From a virus, in IMG/VR virus record IMGVR_UViG_3300034003_000001, positions 1-58,144 of that record: DNA of 58,144 nt, one strand, 5' to 3'. Both the position numbers and the translations under genes were made by a program. The notes beneath the pieces were generated by a model. It made no database searches. It was not told the origin of the DNA and was given only the letters and a program-made list of their open reading frames with translations. Below, piece after piece: positions 8,128-17,336 of the stretch (positions are counted from its first letter, which is position 1; every line of letters starts with the position of its first letter).

Positions 8128-8664
8128 CTACGCCTCAAGGGGCGGTCCCGCATAGATGTGGACGGTCCAACCCATCTGGTGATACGGGTCCCCGTTCACA
8201 TCCCCGGCGTCAATGTCCACGGAACGCACAACGAGGGATTGGTTTATAAACCCGCTTGCCGTTGCAATCCCCGCAACGTTGCAAACAGCGGCGTAAATTC
8301 GCATCTTTGCCAGTTGCAACCGGGGCTTATCGTGGGCCGGGCCAATCGCCAAGACGGACCAATCCGCCTCGTACCAAACGGTTGCATCCAACCCCTCCGC
8401 TCCGCCCGCGCCCGGCTCAACTATTGCATCGAGGGGTACGGACCCGCCCGATTGGTTGTAAAACACGATGTAGGGGCGGCGTAGGCCCGTTGTAGCGTCA
8501 ACCGCGCCAACCCCCGCCTCCGGGTCGTCCGGCACCTGATTGGCCTCGTAAACGTGCGTAAGGTCCGTTAGAGGGTTGACGCCAACGAGGGCTGGTAGTC
8601 CCACGTCCGCAAGCAAGCGGTCGAGCAGGAATTCCCGCGTTACCTTGTCCCCGTCAAAGCTCAT
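8128..8664 (-). CDS. Hypothetical tail completion or tail terminator-position protein
   Basis: 178-aa ORF coupled by a TAATG overlap to the upstream gp10-like gene. The call is by position only. Confidence 0.6.
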   Translation of the reverse strand: MSFDGDKVTREFLLDRLLADVGLPALVGVNPLTDLTHVYEANQVPDDPEAGVGAVDATTGLRRPYIVFYNQSGGSVPLDAIVEPGAGGAEGLDATVWYEADWSVLAIGPAHDKPRLQLAKMRIYAAVCNVAGIATASGFINQSLVVRSVDIDAGDVNGDPYHQMGWTVHIYAGPPLEA

Positions 8665-9101
8665 TACGAGGGACCCCCGGACCCCCCACCCGCGCCCGTA
8701 AGTCGGCGCATGGCCGAAAGAAACGCGGGCGTTACGGCTTGGAGGGCCGGGCCAACCGTGGGGCGCGGGGCCATATTGACCGTGCCGAATTCCTGCCTAC
8801 GCCAGTTTTCCCCGTTCAACTCCAGAGAGCCGTGCAGGGGACTATGCATCCGGATCGTAATGGCGTTGGCGGTTGTGCCTGTATCATTGGCAAAGGGTTG
8901 GCCGGGCGCGGACGCTTGATGCCGCCTCGACCCCCGCATATAAACCCGCCCCGTGCCGCGCCTCGACGTTGCGTTTTGGATGTGCGCCTGCATATCGAAA
9001 AGGGTTTTCCGCACGGCGGCGGACGCCCTCGACTCCATGTTGGCGGCAATCGCCCCCGCATTGTTTTTGGTTATGGTTATCCGGAACGTTTCACTTGCCA
9101 T
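8664..9101 (-). CDS. HK97 gp10-family head-tail joining protein
   Basis: 145 aa. The motif HQASAPGQPFANDTGTTANAI...LELNGENWRRQEFGTVNMAPRPTVGPA matches the H-x-AS-x-PG-x-P...TG...EFGT...RPf pattern of the HK97 gp10 family (TIGR01725/PF04883). Confidence 0.75.
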   Translation of the reverse strand: MASETFRITITKNNAGAIAANMESRASAAVRKTLFDMQAHIQNATSRRGTGRVYMRGSRRHQASAPGQPFANDTGTTANAITIRMHSPLHGSLELNGENWRRQEFGTVNMAPRPTVGPALQAVTPAFLSAMRRLTGAGGGSGGPS

Positions 9102-9139
9102 TACGCCAACCCTCGATGCTGGTTTCCCGGTTTGCTGGT

Positions 9140-9811
9140 TTACTTGTTAGACTTTGCCGCCGCTTTTGCTTTGGCCTCCGCCTTTTCCTGCCGCACCGCC
9201 GCCTCCGGGTCAACGCCCGTTACGGTCCGGTCATCCCGGAGCACGCCGTTTACGAAGTTACCCGGTTGAGGCCCCGTACCCGCAAGCGGGGTTACGTACT
9301 TTGCCGACTCCGCCTCATAATCAGGATGGCCCGGCAAGATTACGGGCGGGAACGTCGAGGGGCTTGTGTCCGGGATGCGCCGCCCCGCAAGCTCCGCGCT
9401 CTTTTCCGGGGTCAACGCCTCGACGGGCGGCGGGTCATTGGCGGTGGCGGACGATTCGGTTGTGCCTGCAATAGAGCGGGCAACGATGATATCCGGGGTT
9501 GCCTCCGATATGCCCGAAACCCCGCCCGCCTCCGTTGCGTCCTTACGAGCGGCGCGGATGTCACTCTTGGTTACGCCCAGGAATGCGTACGGCTCGTTAT
9601 CCAACTCCGATTCCGCGCCCGTTGCACCGCCTGTGCCCCCTGTAACGCCCCCAGTTGCGGCGGATAGGGTTGCGCCCGTTCCGGTCCCAGCGGCGTTGGT
9701 CTGCTCGATTGTGGCGGTTGTAGGGGCCGCTGTAGAGGTTATCGCGGCGGGCTTGTTGGCCGCGCCCGTTGTGCTGGTTGTCTCGTTGGTTTCGCTGTTG
9801 TTTTCCGACAT
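9140..9811 (-). CDS. Hypothetical structural-module protein (Thr/Ala/Gly-rich, probably largely disordered)
   Basis: 223-aa ORF in the operon frame with a lysine/alanine-rich C-terminal tail. No motif recognised. Confidence 0.6.
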   Translation of the reverse strand: MSENNSETNETTSTTGAANKPAAITSTAAPTTATIEQTNAAGTGTGATLSAATGGVTGGTGGATGAESELDNEPYAFLGVTKSDIRAARKDATEAGGVSGISEATPDIIVARSIAGTTESSATANDPPPVEALTPEKSAELAGRRIPDTSPSTFPPVILPGHPDYEAESAKYVTPLAGTGPQPGNFVNGVLRDDRTVTGVDPEAAVRQEKAEAKAKAAAKSNK

Positions 9812-9836
9812 TGCTGGTTGCCTCCGGGCAAAGGGC

Positions 9837-10274
9837 CTATACGCCCTCCGCCGCTATAAACTCGAATTTCCACGCGAACGTGCCACGCTTTAGAATGGCA
9901 ACTATTTGCACCGGGTAATGCTCAACCACGTCCCCGGTTATTCGGTCCTTTATGAACATGCGGAGCGTATGGTTGGGCTTTACCACGTTGACGGCCTCCA
10001 AAGGCAATGTGACCGTCCACGGGGTACGCGTTCCAATGCGGCGGAGTATCGGTTCCGTGGTTTCACGGCTCGACATCCCCGGCGCGCAATTGGCCGGGTA
10101 TTTTGCAATGACCTCCGGTGCGGAGGGGCTTGCAAGAGGTCCCATATCGGGGGACGACGCCGCGTAAACCCAAACCTTATCCGGCAACCCAAACTGCCTG
10201 AGCGTGCGGTCCGCGTTTTGGAAAAGTGCATCCGGGATTGCCGTTGACTGCGTTGGTTCCGGTATATCGGCCAC
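9837..10274 (-). CDS. Hypothetical head-tail connector module protein
   Basis: 145-aa ORF with a GTG start 2 nt after the upstream stop. The call is by position. Confidence 0.6.
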   Translation of the reverse strand: MADIPEPTQSTAIPDALFQNADRTLRQFGLPDKVWVYAASSPDMGPLASPSAPEVIAKYPANCAPGMSSRETTEPILRRIGTRTPWTVTLPLEAVNVVKPNHTLRMFIKDRITGDVVEHYPVQIVAILKRGTFAWKFEFIAAEGV

Positions 10275-10276
10275 GA

Positions 10277-10798
10277 TTAGTGCCCGCCCCGCTCATCGCC
10301 AAACGCGTAACCGCGCCCAACGAGCATCTCCCCAACTTCGATCCCACGGGACCCCGACCCGCCCGCACCGCCGCCTGCCACGGTTGCGACCGGCAAGTTG
10401 AGGCCCGCAACTAAGGCGTTAGCTTGCAACGCCGTGCGGTCCTTTGCCTGCCTGATTTGGGTCAACTGCACGCCTATCTTTTCGGATAGGGTCGCGCCCA
10501 AATCTGCTGATTGGCGGGCGGTTAGCAGGTTTTCGTAAAGGCCGTACGCCGCCCATATACCGACTGTTTGCACGCCAATGATATTGGTGGCAAAGGCGTG
10601 GGCGGCGGCGCTGTCGTACTCGACGCCAAAGAGCATGGCCGTTTGGTCAATGGCGTCTTTGTACCCGGCCTCCGTATCACCGCCGCCCGTTACACCGTCA
10701 ACCCGGTTTTCAGGGGCAAGCAGGTTGTTGACCGTTGCCTCGACATCCCGTAATTGACGGTGAATGTAAGTACTTAGATTTGTGCGTGAATACGGCAT
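10277..10798 (-). CDS. Hypothetical head-tail connector module protein
   Basis: 173-aa ORF with a GAGG upstream of the ATG. It lies between the capsid and tail genes. Confidence 0.6.
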   Translation of the reverse strand: MPYSRTNLSTYIHRQLRDVEATVNNLLAPENRVDGVTGGGDTEAGYKDAIDQTAMLFGVEYDSAAAHAFATNIIGVQTVGIWAAYGLYENLLTARQSADLGATLSEKIGVQLTQIRQAKDRTALQANALVAGLNLPVATVAGGGAGGSGSRGIEVGEMLVGRGYAFGDERGGH

Positions 10799-10812
10799 TT
10801 AGCTTGCCTCGA

Positions 10813-10854
10813 TGGACGACGGACGTTGGACGACGGACGTTGGACGACGGACGA
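10813..10854. repeat. Intergenic tandem repeat, 14 bp x 3 (tggacgacggacgt)
   Basis: Read directly: three consecutive units, the last with one change. It sits between stop 10885 and start 10798. A second short duplication, aagcgcact x2, lies at about 10866-10883. Confidence 0.9.
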
Positions 10855-10884
10855 TCTGCGGGCGTGGGAGTGCGCTTAGTGCGC

Positions 10885-11766
10885 TTACTGGAGTCCGGCC
10901 TCTTGCAGTTGTCGTTGGCGTGCTTCCAACTGCGCTTGCAGGTCCGCCACGATCTCCGGGCTTGGGTCCGCCACGGGCAAACCGTTGGCATCCACAATCG
11001 CATACATTACGATGTATTCACCGCCTCGACGCTTGGCAACGTTGAGTCCTTGCGTTGGGATAACGGCAACCCGCCCCGCCGCTTGCGTAGCGGCAATGAT
11101 GGATGCCACCGTGCCCGCGTTGATCTCGACGTTGCCCGCGTTCACCTGATTTATGGCCTCTTGCACCACACCACCCACGGGCGGGCGGTTGGGCGTAAGC
11201 CCCGTGGTTGCGCCCATCCCAGTGGGCGTGGGAGTGGGCGCGGACCCGCCAACCGTGCGGGCGTTGGCCGCAAAGGACGGACCGCCCGGAGGGGCAATCG
11301 ACTCAATCGAGCCGACTATTTGACCGCCGGGACCCGTAGTCATGGGGTCCGTTGCAGGGGCCACGCCCGCCGCACGTTCCGTCGAGGGCGTATCAATGTC
11401 CTCAACCACGGGCCCGCCGCCAACCGCCGGACCGCCGACTCCAGTTACCGTGAAATCGACGCCGGGGATGAGTGCGGAGGCAACCGGAACTATAGGCGGC
11501 GGGGCGGGCGGCAACGGCTCATTGTCCACGTCCGCCCCCGCCCCCGCCCCCGCGTTGTCCCCATTTACCGCGTTTGCCGCCTCGTTGGCCTCCGCCAACG
11601 CACGCACGTCATCCGGTAGCGACTCGACGCTAGACACGCCCGTACCCGCCGCCTCATTGGTTGACGTTGAGCTTGCGCCTTCCGTCGAGGTTGACTCGTC
11701 CGGGCTTGTTGGGGCCTGCTCGTTGGCGGGCGTGCTTTCCTTTGGTTCGTTGTTGTTCTTTGCCAT
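10885..11766 (-). CDS. Hypothetical protein following the major capsid gene (low-complexity N-terminal half)
   Basis: Track ORF 10885..11775. The ATG at 11766 is better spaced from the GGAGG (10 nt). The sequence is rich in A/G/P/T with a structured C-terminal third. It may be a head fibre or decoration protein by position. Confidence 0.55.
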   Translation of the reverse strand: MAKNNNEPKESTPANEQAPTSPDESTSTEGASSTSTNEAAGTGVSSVESLPDDVRALAEANEAANAVNGDNAGAGAGADVDNEPLPPAPPPIVPVASALIPGVDFTVTGVGGPAVGGGPVVEDIDTPSTERAAGVAPATDPMTTGPGGQIVGSIESIAPPGGPSFAANARTVGGSAPTPTPTGMGATTGLTPNRPPVGGVVQEAINQVNAGNVEINAGTVASIIAATQAAGRVAVIPTQGLNVAKRRGGEYIVMYAIVDANGLPVADPSPEIVADLQAQLEARQRQLQEAGLQ

Positions 11767-11861
11767 GATTGGCATTCCTCCAACTAGCTTGCGATTACAG
11801 CAAGCAGGTAAGAGGCGGGGTTTTGCAGATGCTTAGTCCCGCCTCCGTTGTGCGTTACTCG

Positions 11862-12935
11862 TTACAGATTGGCCGGGGCGGTATACGAGCCGCCGACTCG
11901 CATGATTGCGGCAACTTCGCGCTGTACTACGGCAACGCCAAATTCCCGCTCCCAAACAGAGTATTCGAGGGGCTTTGAGCGGTCCCGGAATACCAGGCGG
12001 AATTGCCCGGACTCGGCGTCGTACGTGCGGTACGCAAGAACCTTTGGCCCGGCAAGGTTGACCGCCATTAGATAGCCGGGCGGGACCCATGCCTTGACCT
12101 CGACCTGCGCGGAGCGGAATACACCGATTCGGCGGTTGTTGAGGTCAAAGAACTGCACCCCGCCCAACGCGCCCGCATTAGCCGCTTGCGCGCCCTCACG
12201 GAGTCGGGGATCGTCGTACGCCTTGAATCCGGTCCACGCCTCGACGGTTGGTTCCTCTTGGCGGTTGATGTATAGACGCATATCACCGGAGGCGAAATGC
12301 TCAACCACGTTTTCCAAGAGGGCCGCGCCGTCAGCGGCGGAGGGTGCGGCGGCAAACATGTAATGCGTATGCGACCCACCGTTGAACGACTCGCCTTGCG
12401 GCCCCAACGGGATTGTCTGCCCGTCCGCGTTGAGCAGGACCTTTACGGGTAGCTCGATGGGGTTGCCCGTTAGGTCGTTTTCATACTCGACGTGGTTTGT
12501 GGGGTTGAAAAGGGCCGTACGGACGGCACTCATCACGTTCACCCGGTCCCCAAGCGTTGCGGCGTCGATGTTGCGGGCCATCTGCTGTGCGGGCAACCGT
12601 TCGAGGGCCTTTGTAGTCCACTGGGTTGCCAGATCATAAAGGGCCAGCGGGATGCCAATGTTTTGCCCCGGCAGGATGGGTTTCTGAGGCATGACCGAAC
12701 CGCGCTGGTCCACGCGTTGCATCTGCATACGGCTCGATGAACCGTAGCGCCTCATGTTGTCGTTGGTGAATTCGCAAAACAGGCGCAAGAATTCCGTTGT
12801 CAGCCTGTTTTGCACGGCAAGCTCGACTTGTATCGCTTCCCAAATACGGTCCTCGCCAAACTGCATGGCGGTCATATTCGGCAACGCGTTACGCATAGAG
12901 TCGAGCGTTGATACTGTTCCGAATGGAGCGGGCAT
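11862..12935 (-). CDS. Major capsid protein
   Basis: 357-aa ORF with a strong GGAGG. The gene order scaffold, then DUF2190-like protein, then this gene is typical of HK97-fold capsid modules. The call rests on size and position and has not been confirmed by profile search. Confidence 0.65.
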   Translation of the reverse strand: MPAPFGTVSTLDSMRNALPNMTAMQFGEDRIWEAIQVELAVQNRLTTEFLRLFCEFTNDNMRRYGSSSRMQMQRVDQRGSVMPQKPILPGQNIGIPLALYDLATQWTTKALERLPAQQMARNIDAATLGDRVNVMSAVRTALFNPTNHVEYENDLTGNPIELPVKVLLNADGQTIPLGPQGESFNGGSHTHYMFAAAPSAADGAALLENVVEHFASGDMRLYINRQEEPTVEAWTGFKAYDDPRLREGAQAANAGALGGVQFFDLNNRRIGVFRSAQVEVKAWVPPGYLMAVNLAGPKVLAYRTYDAESGQFRLVFRDRSKPLEYSVWEREFGVAVVQREVAAIMRVGGSYTAPANL

Positions 12936-13018
12936 TTGCTCTTATCCTCCAAAACGGTCCGCCCCGGTTGTTGAACGCCGGGTTTCCGGTTATGGAACGC
13001 GGACCAATCGTAACGCGG

Positions 13019-13444
13019 TTATGCAGGCGCGGCGTATGCGCCCAAATCGACGCGGGGCCAAAGGATGATGTTTTGAGCATCAAGCCAATACCCAATTGCG
13101 CCGTGGCCGTTGGACGGGGCCGTGTCGAGCCCGCCGGGGGTTGCGGCGGATAGATACACGGGGTCGCCCGGTGAACCCGCGCCGTAGTTGGCCTTGCAAA
13201 ACAGTAGCAAGGTGCAACCGGGCTCGTTGACCAGGAACTTTTTCCACGCGTACCCATGCACGCGGGCGGACAACGCCGCCGCCCCTGAATCGATTGCGCG
13301 GAATATTTTACCCGTCACGCGGTCGATGTAGCAGGCGTCGAACGCCGCTATTTCTTCACCCGCCGTGTAGCTTGGTTGGTTCCAAGCATCGGGCGGGTTT
13401 TGGGTTGACTCGCTCGGAGTCCCCACTTTTGCGATTGCGGCCAT
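13019..13444 (-). CDS. DUF2190-like head decoration or cement protein
   Basis: 141 aa lying between the scaffold and capsid genes. The pattern ...AGEEIAAFDACYIDRVTGKIFRA...VHGYAWKK...GDPVYLS resembles DUF2190 (PF09956) proteins found at this position. Confidence 0.5.
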   Translation of the reverse strand: MAAIAKVGTPSESTQNPPDAWNQPSYTAGEEIAAFDACYIDRVTGKIFRAIDSGAAALSARVHGYAWKKFLVNEPGCTLLLFCKANYGAGSPGDPVYLSAATPGGLDTAPSNGHGAIGYWLDAQNIILWPRVDLGAYAAPA

Positions 13445-13498
13445 GTGCCGGACCTCCGTAATATGGATTGGTTACGAGGTTGCCGGGCGTCTTGGGCC

Positions 13499-14251
13499 TT
13501 ATTTCCCGGAGGGCAAGGGTTGTGGCGTGTAGTAAAACCCGCCGCCCACGGTTGCAGGGTCGAGTCCCGCCTGCTTTAGTTGGGCGTCTATAACCGCTTG
13601 CATATCCGCTTCCCGTTTGGCCGCATCCCCCTGATTACCGCCGCCATTGTTGGCGTCGTTGGCGTTTCCGCCGCCTTGTTTGGCGGGCGGGTCCCCGCCG
13701 GTGTTGCCGGGCGCGGGGTCCTGGGTGATATGCTTTTGAACCAACGGGCGGGCCCATGTTGCCCATTGTTGAACCAGCGAAACGGGCGCGTCCGGGTTTG
13801 TCTTTCGAGGGTCCCCATCTGCCCATTCAGGCGGCCAACTCTTGATTTCCGCGTCGATTGCCGCAAGGTCCCGGTCATCCCGCTCCGCCAACTGCGATTC
13901 GAGTTCACGAATCCTCTTTTTTGCGGCCTCGTATTCCGGCTCAATCTTGGCAAGACGCGTTGGCGCATCCCCTTGTACTGCTTGCAGGTCCTTTAGAACG
14001 TCGGCCTTGACCTCATCGTAAAGGTCCTGCTTGATTTTGTTCATTTGAGACTTGGGGATATGCAATACAGGTTTACTTGTACTGCCGCCGCCCGTGGGCT
14101 TTGTAGACGGGTTGCTACTTGCGGGGTTTTGGTTTCCGCTGTTACCAGCGTTGCCGCCGCCCTCGTTACCAGTAGGCTTTGCGGACTGGTTGCCGCTTGC
14201 GGGGTTGTTGGCACTGTTCGCGCCGTTGTCCCCGTCGTTTTCGGGAGGCAT
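13499..14251 (-). CDS. Scaffolding protein
   Basis: The track ORF starts at TTG 14311, but ATG 14251 with a GGAG upstream is preferred. It has Asn/Gly/Ser-rich ends and a charged coiled-coil centre (KIKQDLYDEVKADVLKDLQ...EYEAAKKRIRELESQLAERDDRD). It lies immediately upstream of the capsid genes. Confidence 0.6.
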   Translation of the reverse strand: MPPENDGDNGANSANNPASGNQSAKPTGNEGGGNAGNSGNQNPASSNPSTKPTGGGSTSKPVLHIPKSQMNKIKQDLYDEVKADVLKDLQAVQGDAPTRLAKIEPEYEAAKKRIRELESQLAERDDRDLAAIDAEIKSWPPEWADGDPRKTNPDAPVSLVQQWATWARPLVQKHITQDPAPGNTGGDPPAKQGGGNANDANNGGGNQGDAAKREADMQAVIDAQLKQAGLDPATVGGGFYYTPQPLPSGK

Positions 14252-14527
14252 TATGGTTGCTCCGTTGTTCGAATTAGCACGTACGAGCGGGCCGGGGATA
14301 GCTTTCGGCAAAAGTTAGGCAAGGCCGTTACACTCAACCGGGCGCGGGGTTGTGCCCGTCGAGCAGACGGACCGCCGTACGCCGCTTGTAATTGAGCATA
14401 GCACGCAAACCCGCCGCCTAGGGGTCTTGAGGCGGCGGGGTAGTACCAAATTGCTATGTAAGGGGTTGCTTAGGAGGCGCGGCGGGGAATTGTGGAAAAG
14501 AGCTCCGGGTATTGGGCTAAATAAGCC

Positions 14528-14556
14528 TTGACTATGTATAACCCTTATGGTATAAT
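14528..14556 (+). promoter_or_regulatory. Sigma70-type promoter P2 (TTGACT-17 nt-TATAAT) driving plus-strand cassette 2
   Basis: TTGACT at 14528-14533 and TATAAT at 14551-14556, with spacer atgtataacccttatgg, nearly identical to P1, P3 and P4. Confidence 0.75.
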
Positions 14557-14599
14557 GATTGCAGGTCGAGAAAACAACTAGCAACAATGGAGTAACACA

Positions 14600-14968
14600 A
14601 TGCAGGCAACTATGACGGCTCAACTAACTAAGGAACTTGAAATATCGTTACACGACTCCAGCGGCACGCAGGTTGAGCCGCTCAGTAACCCCATAGTGGC
14701 GTCAGGGGCGGATTACCAGTCCATGAGTGACGATGCACGCAATCAGGCCCGCTCCCTTGCCCAAAAGCATGACGCTTCTTTTGCACTGATTTGGGACGCA
14801 TACGGGTGTGTACTGGGTAGTGAGCACGCCGACTCGCAGGTAGAGCAAGAGTACCAAGATTACATGGCTTACTGGCGAATGCCCTACTCTACCAGGGTAA
14901 AGCAGAATGCCCCCGATATGTCCGAATCTTGCGCCGCTTACCACAACGCGCGCAACCGCTGGGTGTAG
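14600..14968 (+). CDS. Hypothetical protein (cassette 2, gene 1)
   Basis: 122-aa ORF with a CAACAATGGAG leader 8 nt upstream. It is counter-oriented inside the head module. No motif recognised. Confidence 0.7.
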   Translation: MQATMTAQLTKELEISLHDSSGTQVEPLSNPIVASGADYQSMSDDARNQARSLAQKHDASFALIWDAYGCVLGSEHADSQVEQEYQDYMAYWRMPYSTRVKQNAPDMSESCAAYHNARNRWV

Positions 14969-14977
14969 GTGATAGTC

Positions 14978-15352
14978 ATGCGTGAGGGAGAGGGAATGGA
15001 CGAAACAGAAATAGGGGCTATCGTGTCGGAGTCGGTAGCCCGCATGATGGGGTATCGGGCTGTTAACCCTATGTACCGGGTGATGGCTGAATGCTTCGAC
15101 TCATACCACGCAGGCGGCGGGGCTTTTGTCCACGAGATTGAGTCGTTCAACCCACAAGGTGAGCGGATAGCTTTTCGGTTTTCCTGCCCCGGTAACATGG
15201 ACTTGGTTTTCATGGAGGGACCGGAGCGGTTGGGGCACTCTAACAAGCCTACTTGGATTGGCAACTTCCCCACTTACTCCCCTTACACGGAATATCAAAG
15301 TCTATTGGAGCATGGATTCACTGAGTGGCGGGTATGCGACTCTTGGAAGTAG
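14978..15352 (+). CDS. Hypothetical protein (cassette 2, gene 2)
   Basis: The track ORF begins at GTG 14969. In-frame ATGs occur at 14978 and 14996, the latter preceded by GAGGGAGAGGGA. About 120 aa. No motif recognised. Confidence 0.65.
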   Translation: MREGEGMDETEIGAIVSESVARMMGYRAVNPMYRVMAECFDSYHAGGGAFVHEIESFNPQGERIAFRFSCPGNMDLVFMEGPERLGHSNKPTWIGNFPTYSPYTEYQSLLEHGFTEWRVCDSWK

Positions 15353-15374
15353 CGGCGTAGATTGTTACGCCGCT
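15351..15374. terminator. Hairpin between convergent genes (weak or absent U-tract)
   Basis: agcggcgta-gattgt-tacgccgct, a 9-bp perfect stem between plus stop 15352 and minus stop 15381. Confidence 0.45.
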
Positions 15375-15380
15375 CGAACC

Positions 15381-16475
15381 CTAATCATCCTCATCCTCAT
15401 CCCCCTGCAAGTCCCGCAAAGGCACCGCCACACGAGATGCGCCCCATCGTCGGTCAACCACCCGCCGCTGTAAGTCCCGTAGCCCCACCCGCCCAGTCCT
15501 GTACAACTCGTACTTGCCCAGTCCCAAGATTTGCCGCTTTTCCTTTTCCGGTAGACCCTCGAACAGTTCCGGCCCGGTAGGTTCGGGCGGCGGATCGGGG
15601 ATGTCTTTGTAGCCGAGAGATTCCCAACTTACGGTTTTGGGGACCATGACGCAACGGCAGTTTACGTGGGCTTCCATCGTCTCATCCGTGTCAAACGTTT
15701 CTCCGTCCATTGCCCAACACACTTCGCACGTTTCGGGTGTACGGGCACAACGCCACTCCCAACCCTCGACTATATCTTTGTTTTCCTCCATTGTCTGCCG
15801 GGACGCTTCCCTCTGTACGCGCTGGCCCTCCGTACGCACAATGGTCATTGCCCGGCTCAAAGACAATCCCAACGCTTCTTGCAAACGCTTTGCGGTCACT
15901 TGGGGCGGAGCCCCGGTTGTTATGCCGGTAAGCAGGGCGTCTTTGGCTTTGCCCAAAGAGTCGGTCCGGTTGCCCTCCAATAACCGGATGAGTGGGGACC
16001 CCGGTTCAAAGTTCCCAAGCAGGTTGCGAATGGCCTTGTCCGGTAGACTACTCCACCCTGCCATGACCTCCGCTGTAGCCCTTGGCGTTGGGGCCGTGCG
16101 TTCAAGTTGCGCACGCGACGCCGCTTTCACGTACTCTTGGGCTTTGTCAACGTAGTATTGAGCGTCGTCTTTGAGGCGGGTTTTTGCCAGCGTGCCGACG
16201 TCCGCCATACGCTGGTTCAACTGTAAAATCAGGTCTTTGTAGCGGTCCTGCCGCTCTACCCAATCTCGCGTAATGGGCAACCCCTCCGTTTGCCGGGCCT
16301 TTACCTTTTCCTGCAAGTCGTCTAATTGCCCTCTTGCCTCCGTAAGCATCGAGGCGTAGGAACGTACGAGGGCCGCAAGCGTGGCGTTATCGCGGGCGTG
16401 TACCCGGTCTTGCCACTCTTTGCGGACCTCGTTTATTTCCCCCGTGGGGCGGTATAGGCTTGCGGAGCTTACCAT
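15381..16475 (-). CDS. Head morphogenesis protein (Mu F / SPP1 gp7 family minor head protein)
   Basis: 364 aa. The C-terminal region SRAMTIVRTEGQRVQREA...WEWRCARTPETCEVCWAMDGETF...EAHVNCRCVMVP matches the Phage_Mu_F (PF04233) signature. Confidence 0.85.
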   Translation of the reverse strand: MVSSASLYRPTGEINEVRKEWQDRVHARDNATLAALVRSYASMLTEARGQLDDLQEKVKARQTEGLPITRDWVERQDRYKDLILQLNQRMADVGTLAKTRLKDDAQYYVDKAQEYVKAASRAQLERTAPTPRATAEVMAGWSSLPDKAIRNLLGNFEPGSPLIRLLEGNRTDSLGKAKDALLTGITTGAPPQVTAKRLQEALGLSLSRAMTIVRTEGQRVQREASRQTMEENKDIVEGWEWRCARTPETCEVCWAMDGETFDTDETMEAHVNCRCVMVPKTVSWESLGYKDIPDPPPEPTGPELFEGLPEKEKRQILGLGKYELYRTGRVGLRDLQRRVVDRRWGASRVAVPLRDLQGDEDEDD

Positions 16476-16481
16476 CCTGGG

Positions 16482-17315
16482 CTAGGGGCGCGGGGCGTTG
16501 GGGTCACAGTCGTAACCGCCTATAATCCCGGCCTCCGCTCCCCATTGGGCCGCCTCGTAAAAGGCCGTACCCGGCGCAATGTCCCGGAACTTTTGGGCGG
16601 CGGGGATGTTGAGCGTAAAGAGCGGTTGAGCGGCCAATTCATCCGCCGTTATGCGCCCGGTTGCGTATTGGACCAGGAATGTATGCAGGCGGTTGACCCC
16701 GCCAACAAGCAGGCGGGCAAGGCGGAAATTGATCGCTATAGATTGCCCACGGGTTACAGGCTCACCGGGGCGGTAATACTTATCTCCGGGCATGATGCAC
16801 GGTTCCGGGCTCCTCGTTGGGCCTCCGCTTGACACTACGCCAACCGGGATGGGCTTGGCAACGCCCGCAAGATAAGCGGCCCATATAATCATCCAACGCT
16901 TGCCCTCGTTGACGGTATGCGTTGCCGTGTACGACAGAACGCCCGCCCCGTCGAGGGCGACGGTTGTGCCGTCCGCTTTGCTTGCGACTCCCGGCCCACC
17001 GCCCTCCGTTACTGGTTGCCCGGTTGCAAGGTCAACGTTTGGGATGTCCATTTCCCACGCCTTTACAACCGTGTCGAGCCCCGCCATTTTGAGGATGTGG
17101 GCAACGGCAGTTGCACCGTCATTGCGGACGTACGCCAAAAAGTTGTAACCATCCCCATCCCGCCCCGTGGTTGCCGGGGACTGGAACGCGCCCTTCTGCA
17201 TGAGTTCGGAAACCACGCCCGCCGCCATGCGTTCCGCGTCCTTTTCCGATTTCGGCTCATACGGAATCGCTACCACGGGGATAACCTTTACCTGCTCGAA
17301 TGTAATATCCGCCAT
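16482..17315 (-). CDS. Hypothetical protein with a C-terminal SLH (S-layer homology)-like motif
   Basis: 277 aa with GGAGG upstream. The last about 35 aa, FRDIAPGTAFYEAAQWGAEAGIIGGYDCDPNAPRP, fit the SLH consensus F-x-D-[VI]...[WF][AY]...A......GI[IV]-x-GY (PF00395). It lies between the portal and MuF genes. Confidence 0.6.
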   Translation of the reverse strand: MADITFEQVKVIPVVAIPYEPKSEKDAERMAAGVVSELMQKGAFQSPATTGRDGDGYNFLAYVRNDGATAVAHILKMAGLDTVVKAWEMDIPNVDLATGQPVTEGGGPGVASKADGTTVALDGAGVLSYTATHTVNEGKRWMIIWAAYLAGVAKPIPVGVVSSGGPTRSPEPCIMPGDKYYRPGEPVTRGQSIAINFRLARLLVGGVNRLHTFLVQYATGRITADELAAQPLFTLNIPAAQKFRDIAPGTAFYEAAQWGAEAGIIGGYDCDPNAPRP

Positions 17316-17336
17316 TGCTATACCTCCAATGCGCTA

